Positions 29,246 through 37,797 of a stretch of DNA of 64,000 nucleotides are shown piece by piece; within the stretch, counting starts at the first letter, position 1; each line of letters opens with the position of its first letter. The stretch is from assembly GCA_964599455.1 (NCBI GenBank), contig CAZREA010000001.1:135687-199686 (forward strand), given 5' to 3'. This DNA comes from an uncultured Gammaproteobacteria bacterium (GTDB lineage: Bacteria > Patescibacteriota > Patescibacteriia > UBA9934). The notes under the pieces were generated by a model, which saw only the letters and a list, made by a program, of their open reading frames with translations, searched no databases and was not told the DNA's origin. A program made the position numbers and the translations under genes.

Positions 29246-30301
29246 ATGTTTCAACATAACAAATATCCGTATAAAGATTCTTTCTTTGATCTTAGAGAAG
29301 TATTTGGCGAGGTCGATGTACTCACAAAAACACCCAAGGAAATCGACGAATGCTTCTTAAAAAGAAAACGCAGTGGTAATCAAGATCCCAAACTCCATTT
29401 CGCCTGGAAAGTGCTGCGCGATCCTTATTACCGTTATCTTGCCGAAACCATGTCAAGTTTTGAAGAACTATATGACGCAGGCTTTTTTGTTGATGAAATT
29501 AATCCCGAAGATACAAAACTCCTGCAATTTCAAATGCACGAAGCACGCACGCCAATTAATCAAATAGCAAAAAATTTGAAAAAACTCACGAGCATCACCA
29601 AACCAGTCGTGCTTTTATGTACAGGTGCATTCTCTCCTCTCCATAACGGCCACATCGGCATGATGTATAAAGCAAAAGAGACACTTGAAGAACAAGGATA
29701 TCAAGTCATTGGCGGCTATTTTTCCCCGTCGCATGATGCCTATGTCTCAACAAAATATAACAGCAGCGCAAGTCTGCTCGCCGCACACCGGGTATATCTG
29801 GCGCAGCTTATAAACTCAGAAAGCGATTGGCTACTCGTCGATCCTTGGGAATCTCGCTATCTGCCTACCGATATCAATTTTACCGATGTCATTTTTCGCC
29901 TAGAAACCTATCTCAAAACCTACCTACCAACGCCCGTACCTATTGAAATAGCATACGTGTATGGAGGTGATAATGCTGGCTTTAGTGGTACCTTTTCTCA
30001 GAAAGGGATTGGCGTGTGTGTTGGACGTCGCAACTCTTCTCCTGATATTTTTAATGCCATAAAAAAGAAACATCCTCAGGCAACTATTTTTTGGACAGCT
30101 GCAGACGATTTGGTCAGTGAAATAACTTCAACAAAAGTGCGCAAATGGAAACCAGGACTTCTGCCGAGCAATGCAGAAAAAATCTACTTCACTTGGAAAA
30201 AAACCTCATCCACGTGTATGAAACAACACGTAGACCAAAGCGCCTCTATGTTCTACGTAACGATAGCGACTGGGCACTCCAATTATGGCAACATCAGGTA
30301 G
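29246..30301 (+). CDS. nicotinamide/nicotinate mononucleotide adenylyltransferase-like (HxGH nucleotidyltransferase) with ~115 aa N-terminal extension
   Basis: GAFSPLHNGHIGM (HxGH) and C-terminal ISTKVR (ISST.IR-like) motifs. The 3' end overlaps the next ORF by 157 nt around an A7 run. Confidence 0.65.
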   Translation: MFQHNKYPYKDSFFDLREVFGEVDVLTKTPKEIDECFLKRKRSGNQDPKLHFAWKVLRDPYYRYLAETMSSFEELYDAGFFVDEINPEDTKLLQFQMHEARTPINQIAKNLKKLTSITKPVVLLCTGAFSPLHNGHIGMMYKAKETLEEQGYQVIGGYFSPSHDAYVSTKYNSSASLLAAHRVYLAQLINSESDWLLVDPWESRYLPTDINFTDVIFRLETYLKTYLPTPVPIEIAYVYGGDNAGFSGTFSQKGIGVCVGRRNSSPDIFNAIKKKHPQATIFWTAADDLVSEITSTKVRKWKPGLLPSNAEKIYFTWKKTSSTCMKQHVDQSASMFYVTIATGHSNYGNIR

Positions 30302-31125
30302 CGCCAGATACCCTTAAACAAGCACGGGATGTCTTTCTGAAAAAAATTACCACACTCCTTGAACAAGCTTTTTTACGAGTCGAGGTTCCCGATCTTCCTA
30401 CCGACGTGGAAATACGTATTTACGAACATGCTGAACAAGAAACTTTTGTACGCGACTTAGCACAACACGAACAACTCATCAATTTGGATCGCTGTACAAA
30501 CACCCTGGAAGACATTCAACTCTCACGCTTATTTTTTCTTTGCGATGGACAATTTCGTCCACTGAATCTTGTTGCTCGTCCGGGTTTTCAAGAAATCGAG
30601 AAACAAATCACTACACTCAAACCCGGCAAATACACGCTCGTTGATGACGACATTGCCACAGGCAGCACCGTCAACATGTTACTTGCCATGCTTCCCGAAG
30701 AAGTAGAAATTACCAAAATTCGTACACTGTTAGAATATTCTCGATCTCAATATCTGAAAGAATATCCAGATGCAGTGGACTTAGAGACCTTTGATGTTGT
30801 TGATCTACGCGATTTTCTCTTTGGTTCACGTGACAGCGGACTGGTTATTAGTTTGCCAGACGGCGTCACTGCACGGGCCCCTTACTCATTACCCTATGTT
30901 TCTTTAGTCACTCGTGCCAATATTCCTCCATCAGCTGAACAAATATTCTCTCGTCGCATTTGGGAACTCAATCTTTCATTCTTTGAAACCTTGGGAGCCA
31001 ATATCACCATCGCTGATACCGACCCAGGATTTCGTCGTTTTGCAAACTATATCGGTTTTGCCGACACGGTGACTATGGAACAATTTTGTGCGTATCATCT
31101 TAAGGAAGTAAAAAATTACGTGTAA
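30145..31125 (+). CDS. type I phosphoribosyltransferase-domain protein (PRPP-binding loop), possibly the C-terminal half of a frameshifted NMNAT-PRTase fusion
   Basis: YTLVDDDIATGSTV PRPP-binding motif. The N-terminal ~20 codons overlap the NMNAT ORF in another frame. Confidence 0.45.
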   Translation: METRTSAEQCRKNLLHLEKNLIHVYETTRRPKRLYVLRNDSDWALQLWQHQVAPDTLKQARDVFLKKITTLLEQAFLRVEVPDLPTDVEIRIYEHAEQETFVRDLAQHEQLINLDRCTNTLEDIQLSRLFFLCDGQFRPLNLVARPGFQEIEKQITTLKPGKYTLVDDDIATGSTVNMLLAMLPEEVEITKIRTLLEYSRSQYLKEYPDAVDLETFDVVDLRDFLFGSRDSGLVISLPDGVTARAPYSLPYVSLVTRANIPPSAEQIFSRRIWELNLSFFETLGANITIADTDPGFRRFANYIGFADTVTMEQFCAYHLKEVKNYV

Positions 31126-31127
31126 GT

Positions 31128-31836
31128 ATGTCTATAGGTATTCTTGGTGGCATGGGACCTGCAGCAAGTGCAGAAAGTTACCTGCAATTAATACGCATCT
31201 GTCAACATCAGTACAACGCCGTTGAAGACGATGACTTTCCCCCCCATTATTCTACACAGCATTCCCCTGACGGGTTTTGACGGTATTGGATTTACCAACA
31301 GCACGCTTATTACTCAGCAGCTGATGAAGAGTTTACAAAAACTCGAAGCGGCGGGCGCACAAACTATTCTCATCGACTGCAACACGGTACACTTGTTGTA
31401 TGACCAATTTGTAAAAAGCGTACAAAGCAAAATCATCCATCTTGTAGAAATTACCGCTAACTACGTCGTACAAAAAGGAATCCAAAGTGTTGGCGTTCTC
31501 GCTTCGGATACTTCACGGCGCATGGACCTGTACGATAAAGCACTTTGGTGGAACGGCATTCAAACCATTCATGTAACCGACGAAGAACAAGAGGTCATTA
31601 ATCGCGTTATCTACAACGTAATGGGCGACACCATCACAGCAAAAGATAAACAGGAATTGCAAATAATTTGCGAGCGTTTATTTGATGCCGGCGCACAGGC
31701 GGTTATTATGGGTTGTACGGAAATATCTTACGTCATGGGCGAACGCATTGATGGCAATCATTATATTGATAGTCAATGGCTCGCCATTCAAGAAGCCGCA
31801 AAAACATACTATCAGCAAAAAAACATAAACCTATGA
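31128..31836 (+). pseudogene. aspartate/glutamate racemase family gene interrupted by a +1 frameshift in a C7 homopolymer (31239-31245)
   Basis: The N-terminal frame encodes MSIGILGGMGPAASAES...EDDDFPP. Continuation IILHSIP...DCNTVH...MGCTE (both catalytic Cys motifs) is in the +1 frame. Removing one C restores a 236-aa racemase. Confidence 0.7.
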
Positions 31837-33569
31837 AATTCTATACCGATCAAGAAATGAAAACATTGCATCCTGAGATTATTGTACTTTTGGCCGAGCT
31901 CCGCGCACGACGAAATTTCAATGCAGAAGAGTATGTAAAAGCAAAAGTTCACATTATCAATACCTATTTTCACAAAGCCGGTTTACAAAGCGCGGTGGTT
32001 GCGGTAAGTGGCGGTATTGATTCAGCAGTTGTCTTATCGCTCGTTGCTCGAGCACAAAAAGAATCAGATGGCCCAATTAAACGGATCGTACCACTTACCC
32101 TGCCCGTTTTTAAATCTACCTATACCACTGGTCAGGAATCCGCAACCTCTCGAGCAAAAGAAGTCATCGAACACAATAACCTGACACCGATCGTCTATGA
32201 TCTCACCAAAGCATATGAGGTTTTAAAACAAACGATCGATACCGCATTCGGCACCGTGGGAGAACCCTGGGCGGCAGGACAACTGGTTTCTTATCTGCGC
32301 ACACCTGCCAATTACTATACGACCAGTTTATTGACGCAGCTTAATCAAGGAGGTCTTCTTTGCGGCACGACCAACCGAGATGAAGGCGCCTATCTTGGCT
32401 ATGTCGGCAAAGCTTCAGACGGCATCGTAGATATTCAGATTATTAGCGACTTACACAAAAGCGAAGTACGCGCCGTTGCAAAAGTACTCAGCGTACCGCA
32501 AAGCATTTTAGACGTCACGCCAACAGGTGACATGTATGATGGGCGTCCTGACGAAGAAGTTTTTGGAGCGCCCTACGATTTTGTTGAATTGTATCTTCTT
32601 CTTAAATCTCTCGATGAACCAAAAGATGCACAAGAGCTGATTGATAATCTTGGCAAAGAAGCACGTACACAGTTCGATCATCTTTCCGAAAAAATTGACA
32701 ATTTACACAAATATAACAGTCACAAATATCTTGTCGGTTCACCGGCAGTCCATCTTGATGTATTAGAAAGCGGTGTACCACGGGGCTGGACATATGGCTA
32801 TCAAAAAGTATCACCAGAAGCAAAAGGAAAAGAATTCTACGTTAATGCCTTTACCTTTACGAAACCAATAGAAAAAGTAGTAAAGAATACGGTCCAAGTT
32901 TCTTCATTATTTAAAAAACAGATTTACGAAGGCCAACTTTTGCATTTCGAAAATGCACTTACTAAAAAGGAACGTTCATTTCTTCTGCAAGAAGCCGAAA
33001 AGCATGGGTACATTCCCGTAGGCATTGATGGTTATCAAAAAGGCGATACCATCGGTTCTTGGCGAGCATCCGTTCATTCTCCCGAACTTGCGCAACGACT
33101 CCGGTGGAGACTCGCGCCGTACTTCGATAATCCCCGTATCTTTCCTGAAAATCCTGCGACCGATACAGGCAATACTCGCATCTGGCGGCCAATCGGTATC
33201 AGTCCGCTTTTCCGCTATATTCGCTACACCGAAGGCGGACTTCTCGTTCCCCACTACGATGCACCATACGCCTACAACGATGCCCAACGTACACTTATGA
33301 GTTTAGTGCTGTACATCGATCATCAGGGCGTTACTGGTGGTGAAACTCGTTTTATTACCGATACACAGGTAAATATTTCCTTTGCTGAACGTGATTTTAG
33401 TGACTGGAAGCGCCATGCAAACGAAGACGAGGTACTCATGGAAATTCATCCAGAACCCGGTTCAGCGATCGCTTTCGATCATCGTCTTCTGCATGACTCC
33501 TTAGCAATAGCCGGAACCGGTCAAAAGGTCATCATTCGCACAGACATCGTCTTTGCGCGCTGTTCCTAA
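31833..33569 (+). CDS. nadE: NH3-dependent NAD+ synthetase (NadE, PP-loop) fused to a C-terminal 2OG-Fe(II) oxygenase (prolyl-4-hydroxylase-like) domain
   Basis: VVAVSGGIDSAVV PP-loop in the N-terminal ~310 aa. The C-terminal ~270 aa carries HYDAPY (HxD) ... FDHRLLH ... IIRTDIVF, consistent with the double-stranded beta-helix 2OG oxygenase fold. Single continuous frame. The ATG overlaps the racemase stop (ATGA). Confidence 0.7.
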   Translation: MKFYTDQEMKTLHPEIIVLLAELRARRNFNAEEYVKAKVHIINTYFHKAGLQSAVVAVSGGIDSAVVLSLVARAQKESDGPIKRIVPLTLPVFKSTYTTGQESATSRAKEVIEHNNLTPIVYDLTKAYEVLKQTIDTAFGTVGEPWAAGQLVSYLRTPANYYTTSLLTQLNQGGLLCGTTNRDEGAYLGYVGKASDGIVDIQIISDLHKSEVRAVAKVLSVPQSILDVTPTGDMYDGRPDEEVFGAPYDFVELYLLLKSLDEPKDAQELIDNLGKEARTQFDHLSEKIDNLHKYNSHKYLVGSPAVHLDVLESGVPRGWTYGYQKVSPEAKGKEFYVNAFTFTKPIEKVVKNTVQVSSLFKKQIYEGQLLHFENALTKKERSFLLQEAEKHGYIPVGIDGYQKGDTIGSWRASVHSPELAQRLRWRLAPYFDNPRIFPENPATDTGNTRIWRPIGISPLFRYIRYTEGGLLVPHYDAPYAYNDAQRTLMSLVLYIDHQGVTGGETRFITDTQVNISFAERDFSDWKRHANEDEVLMEIHPEPGSAIAFDHRLLHDSLAIAGTGQKVIIRTDIVFARCS

Positions 33570-33586
33570 AATAGAACATGGTGGCG

Positions 33587-34432
33587 TTAAAGATCTTGTC
33601 GATATTTCTCTAACTCCTCTTCTTCAAAAAGAGCCGATGATGCCGGAATTTTCCTAAAAGCAATCGGATTATTGCTTGCGAGTTTAAAATACTTTACCGG
33701 TTGTTTTTTAATTTTTTTTATACGAATCTCTTTTAACACACCATCGGCAATATCACCAAAACACCAAAGCTCATCACAAAGCTTCACTATTTCGGCATTT
33801 GCCCTATAGATAATTTCACGAGACACCGCATCGCCTAAAAAATACCGAAACAGCATAAACGGATTCAAAGGTACCGCCTTCTTATTCATACAAAACTCAC
33901 TGATGTGCATTTGTAAATAAAAATTACGCTTAGAATATGCGGGATAGACAAGCGGATACGTTTTGGTAAACCGCAAACGCGGATGCCAACGCTCCAGGTC
34001 CTTGCCCAACCGCACCCATTCCCACATCCAGGGCGACACATCTTCAAGCACAATCTCATCCTCACTCACTTCGCGAAATGTGCGGCTATCAGATGAGAGT
34101 AAAAAATACCGAACAGATTTTTTATATTTCTTTGCTAAATAGATTTCCATGAGCACCCCGTCAGCAATCGCACCAAAAACCCAAAGTTCATCCGAACGAC
34201 GAATGAGTGTGTTATTTGCAACTCGAATCTCATCCTTGTTTACAATATATCCAAGATTATAATCAAAATTCATGAATGGACTAATGGGCACACTTTCCTG
34301 TTGTAAAACAAACTTGGAAATTTCGGCTCGGAGATAAAAGTTCTTCTTAGAAAACGAAGTAAAAACAATGGGCATCTTTTGGGCATGATTGAGCGAATCA
34401 TACTTGAGCGATTTCTTGGTCATATATATCAA
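33587..34432 (-). CDS. tandem-duplicated nucleoside 2-deoxyribosyltransferase-like / TIR-like (Rossmann-like NDT superfamily) domain protein
   Basis: Two ~140-aa internal repeats. Each has a hhFTSFSKKNFYL N-terminal strand and an ELWVFGAIADGVLMEI / ELWCFGDIADGVLKEI segment resembling the D-x-G-x3-E catalytic region of NDT/DUF4406 proteins. Confidence 0.45.
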   Translation of the reverse strand: MIYMTKKSLKYDSLNHAQKMPIVFTSFSKKNFYLRAEISKFVLQQESVPISPFMNFDYNLGYIVNKDEIRVANNTLIRRSDELWVFGAIADGVLMEIYLAKKYKKSVRYFLLSSDSRTFREVSEDEIVLEDVSPWMWEWVRLGKDLERWHPRLRFTKTYPLVYPAYSKRNFYLQMHISEFCMNKKAVPLNPFMLFRYFLGDAVSREIIYRANAEIVKLCDELWCFGDIADGVLKEIRIKKIKKQPVKYFKLASNNPIAFRKIPASSALFEEEELEKYRQDL

Positions 34433-34637
34433 TACTTTTGGACCAAGAATAGTATAATCTACTTACAATAGCAAATCGTACCTTTCCCATACTCGATAAT
34501 CTTACCTTGCCCACGAAAGGTGAAATGATAACCGTAAATTTTATTAAAATAATCGCTTTATTCACGATTATTCATCGTATCTATACATACCTTCATCATA
34601 CGATATACTGTCTTAAATTCTTCATTTTCTCTTTAGT

Positions 34638-35054
34638 ATGGAGCCCATCACCATCCAAACCACCATCAACGCCCCTCTTGAAAAAGTCTGGAAATATTGG
34701 AATGAACCTGAACATATCGTTCATTGGGCTTTTGCATCGGATGATTGGGAGGCTCCATCGGCAGAAAATGACCTACGCGACGGCGGGCGGTTCAAAACCA
34801 CGATGTCTGCCAAAGATAAAAGTACGAGCTTTGATTTTACCGGTACGTACACCAAAGTGAACGAGCATGAACGCATTCACTACACCATGGACGGCAATGA
34901 TGCACGTAAAGTAGAAGTAACGTTTGAAACCGTTCCTGAAGGTGTGCGAGTAATTGAAACCTTTGATCCCGAAAACGAAAACCCCGAAGAGATGCAACGC
35001 GCTGGCTGGCAATCCATTTTGAATAATTTTAAGAAGTACGTAGAAAACACATAA
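34638..35054 (+). CDS. SRPBCC (AHSA1/START-like) family protein
   Basis: TINAPLEKVWKYWNEPEHIVHW start typical of Activator of Hsp90 ATPase homolog 1-like proteins. Confidence 0.6.
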   Translation: MEPITIQTTINAPLEKVWKYWNEPEHIVHWAFASDDWEAPSAENDLRDGGRFKTTMSAKDKSTSFDFTGTYTKVNEHERIHYTMDGNDARKVEVTFETVPEGVRVIETFDPENENPEEMQRAGWQSILNNFKKYVENT

Positions 35055-35055
35055 T

Positions 35056-35961
35056 ATGCAAAAAATCATTCCCCACCTGTGGTTCGATAAAGAGGCCAAA
35101 GAAGCAGCAGAATTTTATACGTCCGCATTTCCGGATGCAAAAATCAACAGCATCAGAACGATTCACGATACACCGTCGGGTGATTGCGATATTGTTTCGT
35201 TTGAACTTGCCGGATATTGGTTCATGTCGATCAGTGCGGGACCGTATTTCAAACTGAATCCGTCGATCTCTTTCTTTGTCAATTTCGATCCGTCAGTCAT
35301 GGAAAACCCTGAAGCACAACTCGATGAGCTTTGGGCAAAACTTGCCGAGGGCGGCAAAGCGTTGATGCCGCTGCAGGAATATCCATTTAGCAAACGCTAT
35401 GGCTGGATTCAGGATAAATACGGAGTGTCGTGGCAATTGATGCTGACCGATCCCAAAGGTGAACCGCGGCCGTTTATCATTCCTTCTCTCATGTTTGTCA
35501 AAAACAATTACGGCAAGGCCGAGGAAGCAACTGATTTTTATTTGTCCATTTTCAAAAACGCTCGTCGTGGACAAATCGCCCGCTATCCGGCTGGCATGGA
35601 ACCCGATAAGGAAGGGGCCATCATGTTTACGGACTTCATGCTCGAAGGCCAGTGGTTTGCTGCCATGGAAAGTGCTCACGCGCATGAGTTCAATTTTAAT
35701 GAAGCGATCTCACTGATTGTGAAATGCGACACACAGGCAGAAATTGATTATTACTGGGAAAAACTTTCTGCCGTCCCTGAATCCGAGCAATGTGGTTGGC
35801 TCAAAGACAAATACGGACTGTCGTGGCAAATCACACCCACGGCCATGGACGAGATGATGAACAGTGGCGATCAGGCCGCCGTCGACCGCGTCACCAAAGC
35901 TTTTTTGCAGATGAAAAAGTTTGATATTGCCCAGTTGCAAGAGGCGTATAAGGGAGAATAA
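35056..35961 (+). CDS. VOC-superfamily protein with two tandem PhnB-like (3-demethylubiquinone-9 3-methyltransferase-like) domains
   Basis: MQKIIPHLWFDKEAKEAAEFYTSAFPDAKI hallmark repeated at residue ~150 (PSLMFVKNNYGKAEEATDFYLSIF). Confidence 0.7.
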   Translation: MQKIIPHLWFDKEAKEAAEFYTSAFPDAKINSIRTIHDTPSGDCDIVSFELAGYWFMSISAGPYFKLNPSISFFVNFDPSVMENPEAQLDELWAKLAEGGKALMPLQEYPFSKRYGWIQDKYGVSWQLMLTDPKGEPRPFIIPSLMFVKNNYGKAEEATDFYLSIFKNARRGQIARYPAGMEPDKEGAIMFTDFMLEGQWFAAMESAHAHEFNFNEAISLIVKCDTQAEIDYYWEKLSAVPESEQCGWLKDKYGLSWQITPTAMDEMMNSGDQAAVDRVTKAFLQMKKFDIAQLQEAYKGE

Positions 35962-35963
35962 TT

Positions 35964-36455
35964 ATGAAAGTAAACGTCAAAACCAAAAATAAACCGTTAG
36001 TACTTTTTGTTCTGGGAATTTTTATTGCCGGCATGCTCTTTTTTATTGGTCTTACCACGTACGAATACTTCCATTATCGTGACGGCATATCCGTACAAGG
36101 AACGGTGCTCGATATTCATCGCTTCGGTGCAAGAAAACAAAGAAGAACGTATACGGCGAACATTTCTCTTATCGTTAATGGGGAAACGATCACAACTAAA
36201 GAACGCATTTCTGCTAGAACCTTATCAATCGGAGGCGTAGGAGTTTCCACCTCAAAGATTAAGACGGGAGATCAGCTTGAGATGCGCGTCGTATCCAACA
36301 AAAAAGGAGGCTATGATATTGCCGTTGCCGACGAGGTACTTCATCCAGGAAAAGATTTCTTTTGGCTTTTCCTTTCCCTCGCACTCGCTATCTTTTGCTT
36401 TGTGATTTTTTGGAAGAAAGAGGATAAAAAATATGTTTCATCTCACCAGAGTTAG
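35964..36455 (+). CDS. DUF3592-like membrane protein
   Basis: N- and C-terminal TM helices flanking a beta-rich domain. Confidence 0.45.
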   Translation: MKVNVKTKNKPLVLFVLGIFIAGMLFFIGLTTYEYFHYRDGISVQGTVLDIHRFGARKQRRTYTANISLIVNGETITTKERISARTLSIGGVGVSTSKIKTGDQLEMRVVSNKKGGYDIAVADEVLHPGKDFFWLFLSLALAIFCFVIFWKKEDKKYVSSHQS

Positions 36456-36816
36456 TGAATTTCGCTTCAAAATCTATCCAAATGATTTCGCGCAATCGCG
36501 AAACTTTTATGAAAACGTTTTAAAATATCCGGTAGTAAACGAATGGAGTCGTGGTGAACAGGATAAAGGTGTGATGTTTGATACTGGCAGCGCGATCATT
36601 GAGCTTTTATCACCAGAAAAAGACTATCAATCAATTCAAGGCGTCACTCTCTCGCTTGAAGTACAGGATGTAAACGCTCTTTGGGAATATCTTAAAAATC
36701 GTGTTCCTATTATTTTCTCTTTACGCCACAATGCGTGGGGAGATTCCTCTTTCTGCATTCATGATCCTGAAGGTTTGCAACTCACCTTTTTTACGAAAAA
36801 TGAAAAAACACCTTAA
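36433..36816 (+). CDS. VOC (glyoxalase/bleomycin-resistance fold) family protein
   Basis: 127 aa with the beta-alpha-beta-beta-beta layout and HNAWGDSSFCIHDPEG C-terminal motif. Confidence 0.55.
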   Translation: MFHLTRVSEFRFKIYPNDFAQSRNFYENVLKYPVVNEWSRGEQDKGVMFDTGSAIIELLSPEKDYQSIQGVTLSLEVQDVNALWEYLKNRVPIIFSLRHNAWGDSSFCIHDPEGLQLTFFTKNEKTP

Positions 36817-36885
36817 AATTCAGCTCTATGTTCAACAAATGAACAAACTGTTAAACTTCTTTCCATAAAAATTATCATCATCACT

Positions 36886-37197
36886 ATGTCATCATGCATC
36901 ACCTGTGGCATGCCCCTTGAAGGAAATCACGTCAATGATATTGGTCTTGAAACTGCCGAAGGTCCGGTTTGTGTGTACGATGTAAAAGACGGGCAAGTGA
37001 AAAGCGCGGAAGATATTTTTGAAGGCGGTGTGCTCTTTTTCCTCGACGCCGCAGCGGGAGGTGATCGCGCCTTAGCAGAACGACTCACCCGAAAAAACAT
37101 GAGCACCCTTCCCTACTGGCAAGCTCATCCTTTTGCTGAACTTGATGGTGAAATGGCCAGCGATGAAGAATTCGCTACCTGCATGGCAAAATTGTAA
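36886..37197 (+). CDS. zinc-ribbon-containing small protein
   Basis: N-terminal CITCGMP ... C-terminal ATCMAK Cys pairs. 103 aa. Confidence 0.35.
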   Translation: MSSCITCGMPLEGNHVNDIGLETAEGPVCVYDVKDGQVKSAEDIFEGGVLFFLDAAAGGDRALAERLTRKNMSTLPYWQAHPFAELDGEMASDEEFATCMAKL

Positions 37198-37199
37198 AT

Positions 37200-37727
37200 G
37201 TGAAAAAGATTCTCCTCGATGATAAAGAAGTGGAAAAGCTGGCTCCCGAAAGTCTGCCCATGCTCATTCATGGAGAAGAAGGCTCAGGAGCATCGCTGTA
37301 TACCATCGCACTGATGGCGAAATGGTTTTCGCAAGGATATAAACTGCACGTGCTGTGTGGATATTCCTTTGCTGAGGAAGAATTTCAAAAACAGATTGAT
37401 ACGACATATCAGGAAAAAATCTTCTTTACCAAAGAAGAGGTTCAATTATTTATCGCGGCAATTGCATTGAGAGGTACAAACGACATCGTTATCATTAAAA
37501 ATATCGAATTGTTTGATGTCGAATTGTGGCAAGCAATTTCCCCTATCGATCATCTCATTGTTTCTGGAGATGTACACAAAGCACTGCTGAAAAATTCTAT
37601 CCTCCAAAAAACATTCACCACAAAAATCCTCTTCTCTCCCCTTGATTCCATGACTATTCCTGAAATCAAAAAATACGAGGGATTTTTGATCGCCGGTGAT
37701 TATAAAGGAGTGACAAAGCTTGAGTAA
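37200..37727 (+). CDS. hypothetical protein with degenerate RecA/KaiC-like P-loop (GEEGSGAS, Lys replaced by Ala)
   Basis: Starts 3 nt after the zinc-ribbon gene. Walker-A-like motif lacks the catalytic Lys. Confidence 0.35.
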   Translation: MKKILLDDKEVEKLAPESLPMLIHGEEGSGASLYTIALMAKWFSQGYKLHVLCGYSFAEEEFQKQIDTTYQEKIFFTKEEVQLFIAAIALRGTNDIVIIKNIELFDVELWQAISPIDHLIVSGDVHKALLKNSILQKTFTTKILFSPLDSMTIPEIKKYEGFLIAGDYKGVTKLE

Positions 37728-37797
37728 TAAAGGGCAATCGACAAAAATTCAGAAAAAGACTACCGTAATAACGACATCTTTTTCTTAATTCTTTTAT

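Noticed and set aside
34507-34860. 117-aa ORF overlapping the start of the SRPBCC gene
   Set aside because: Overlaps a motif-bearing gene in another frame and has low-complexity composition.
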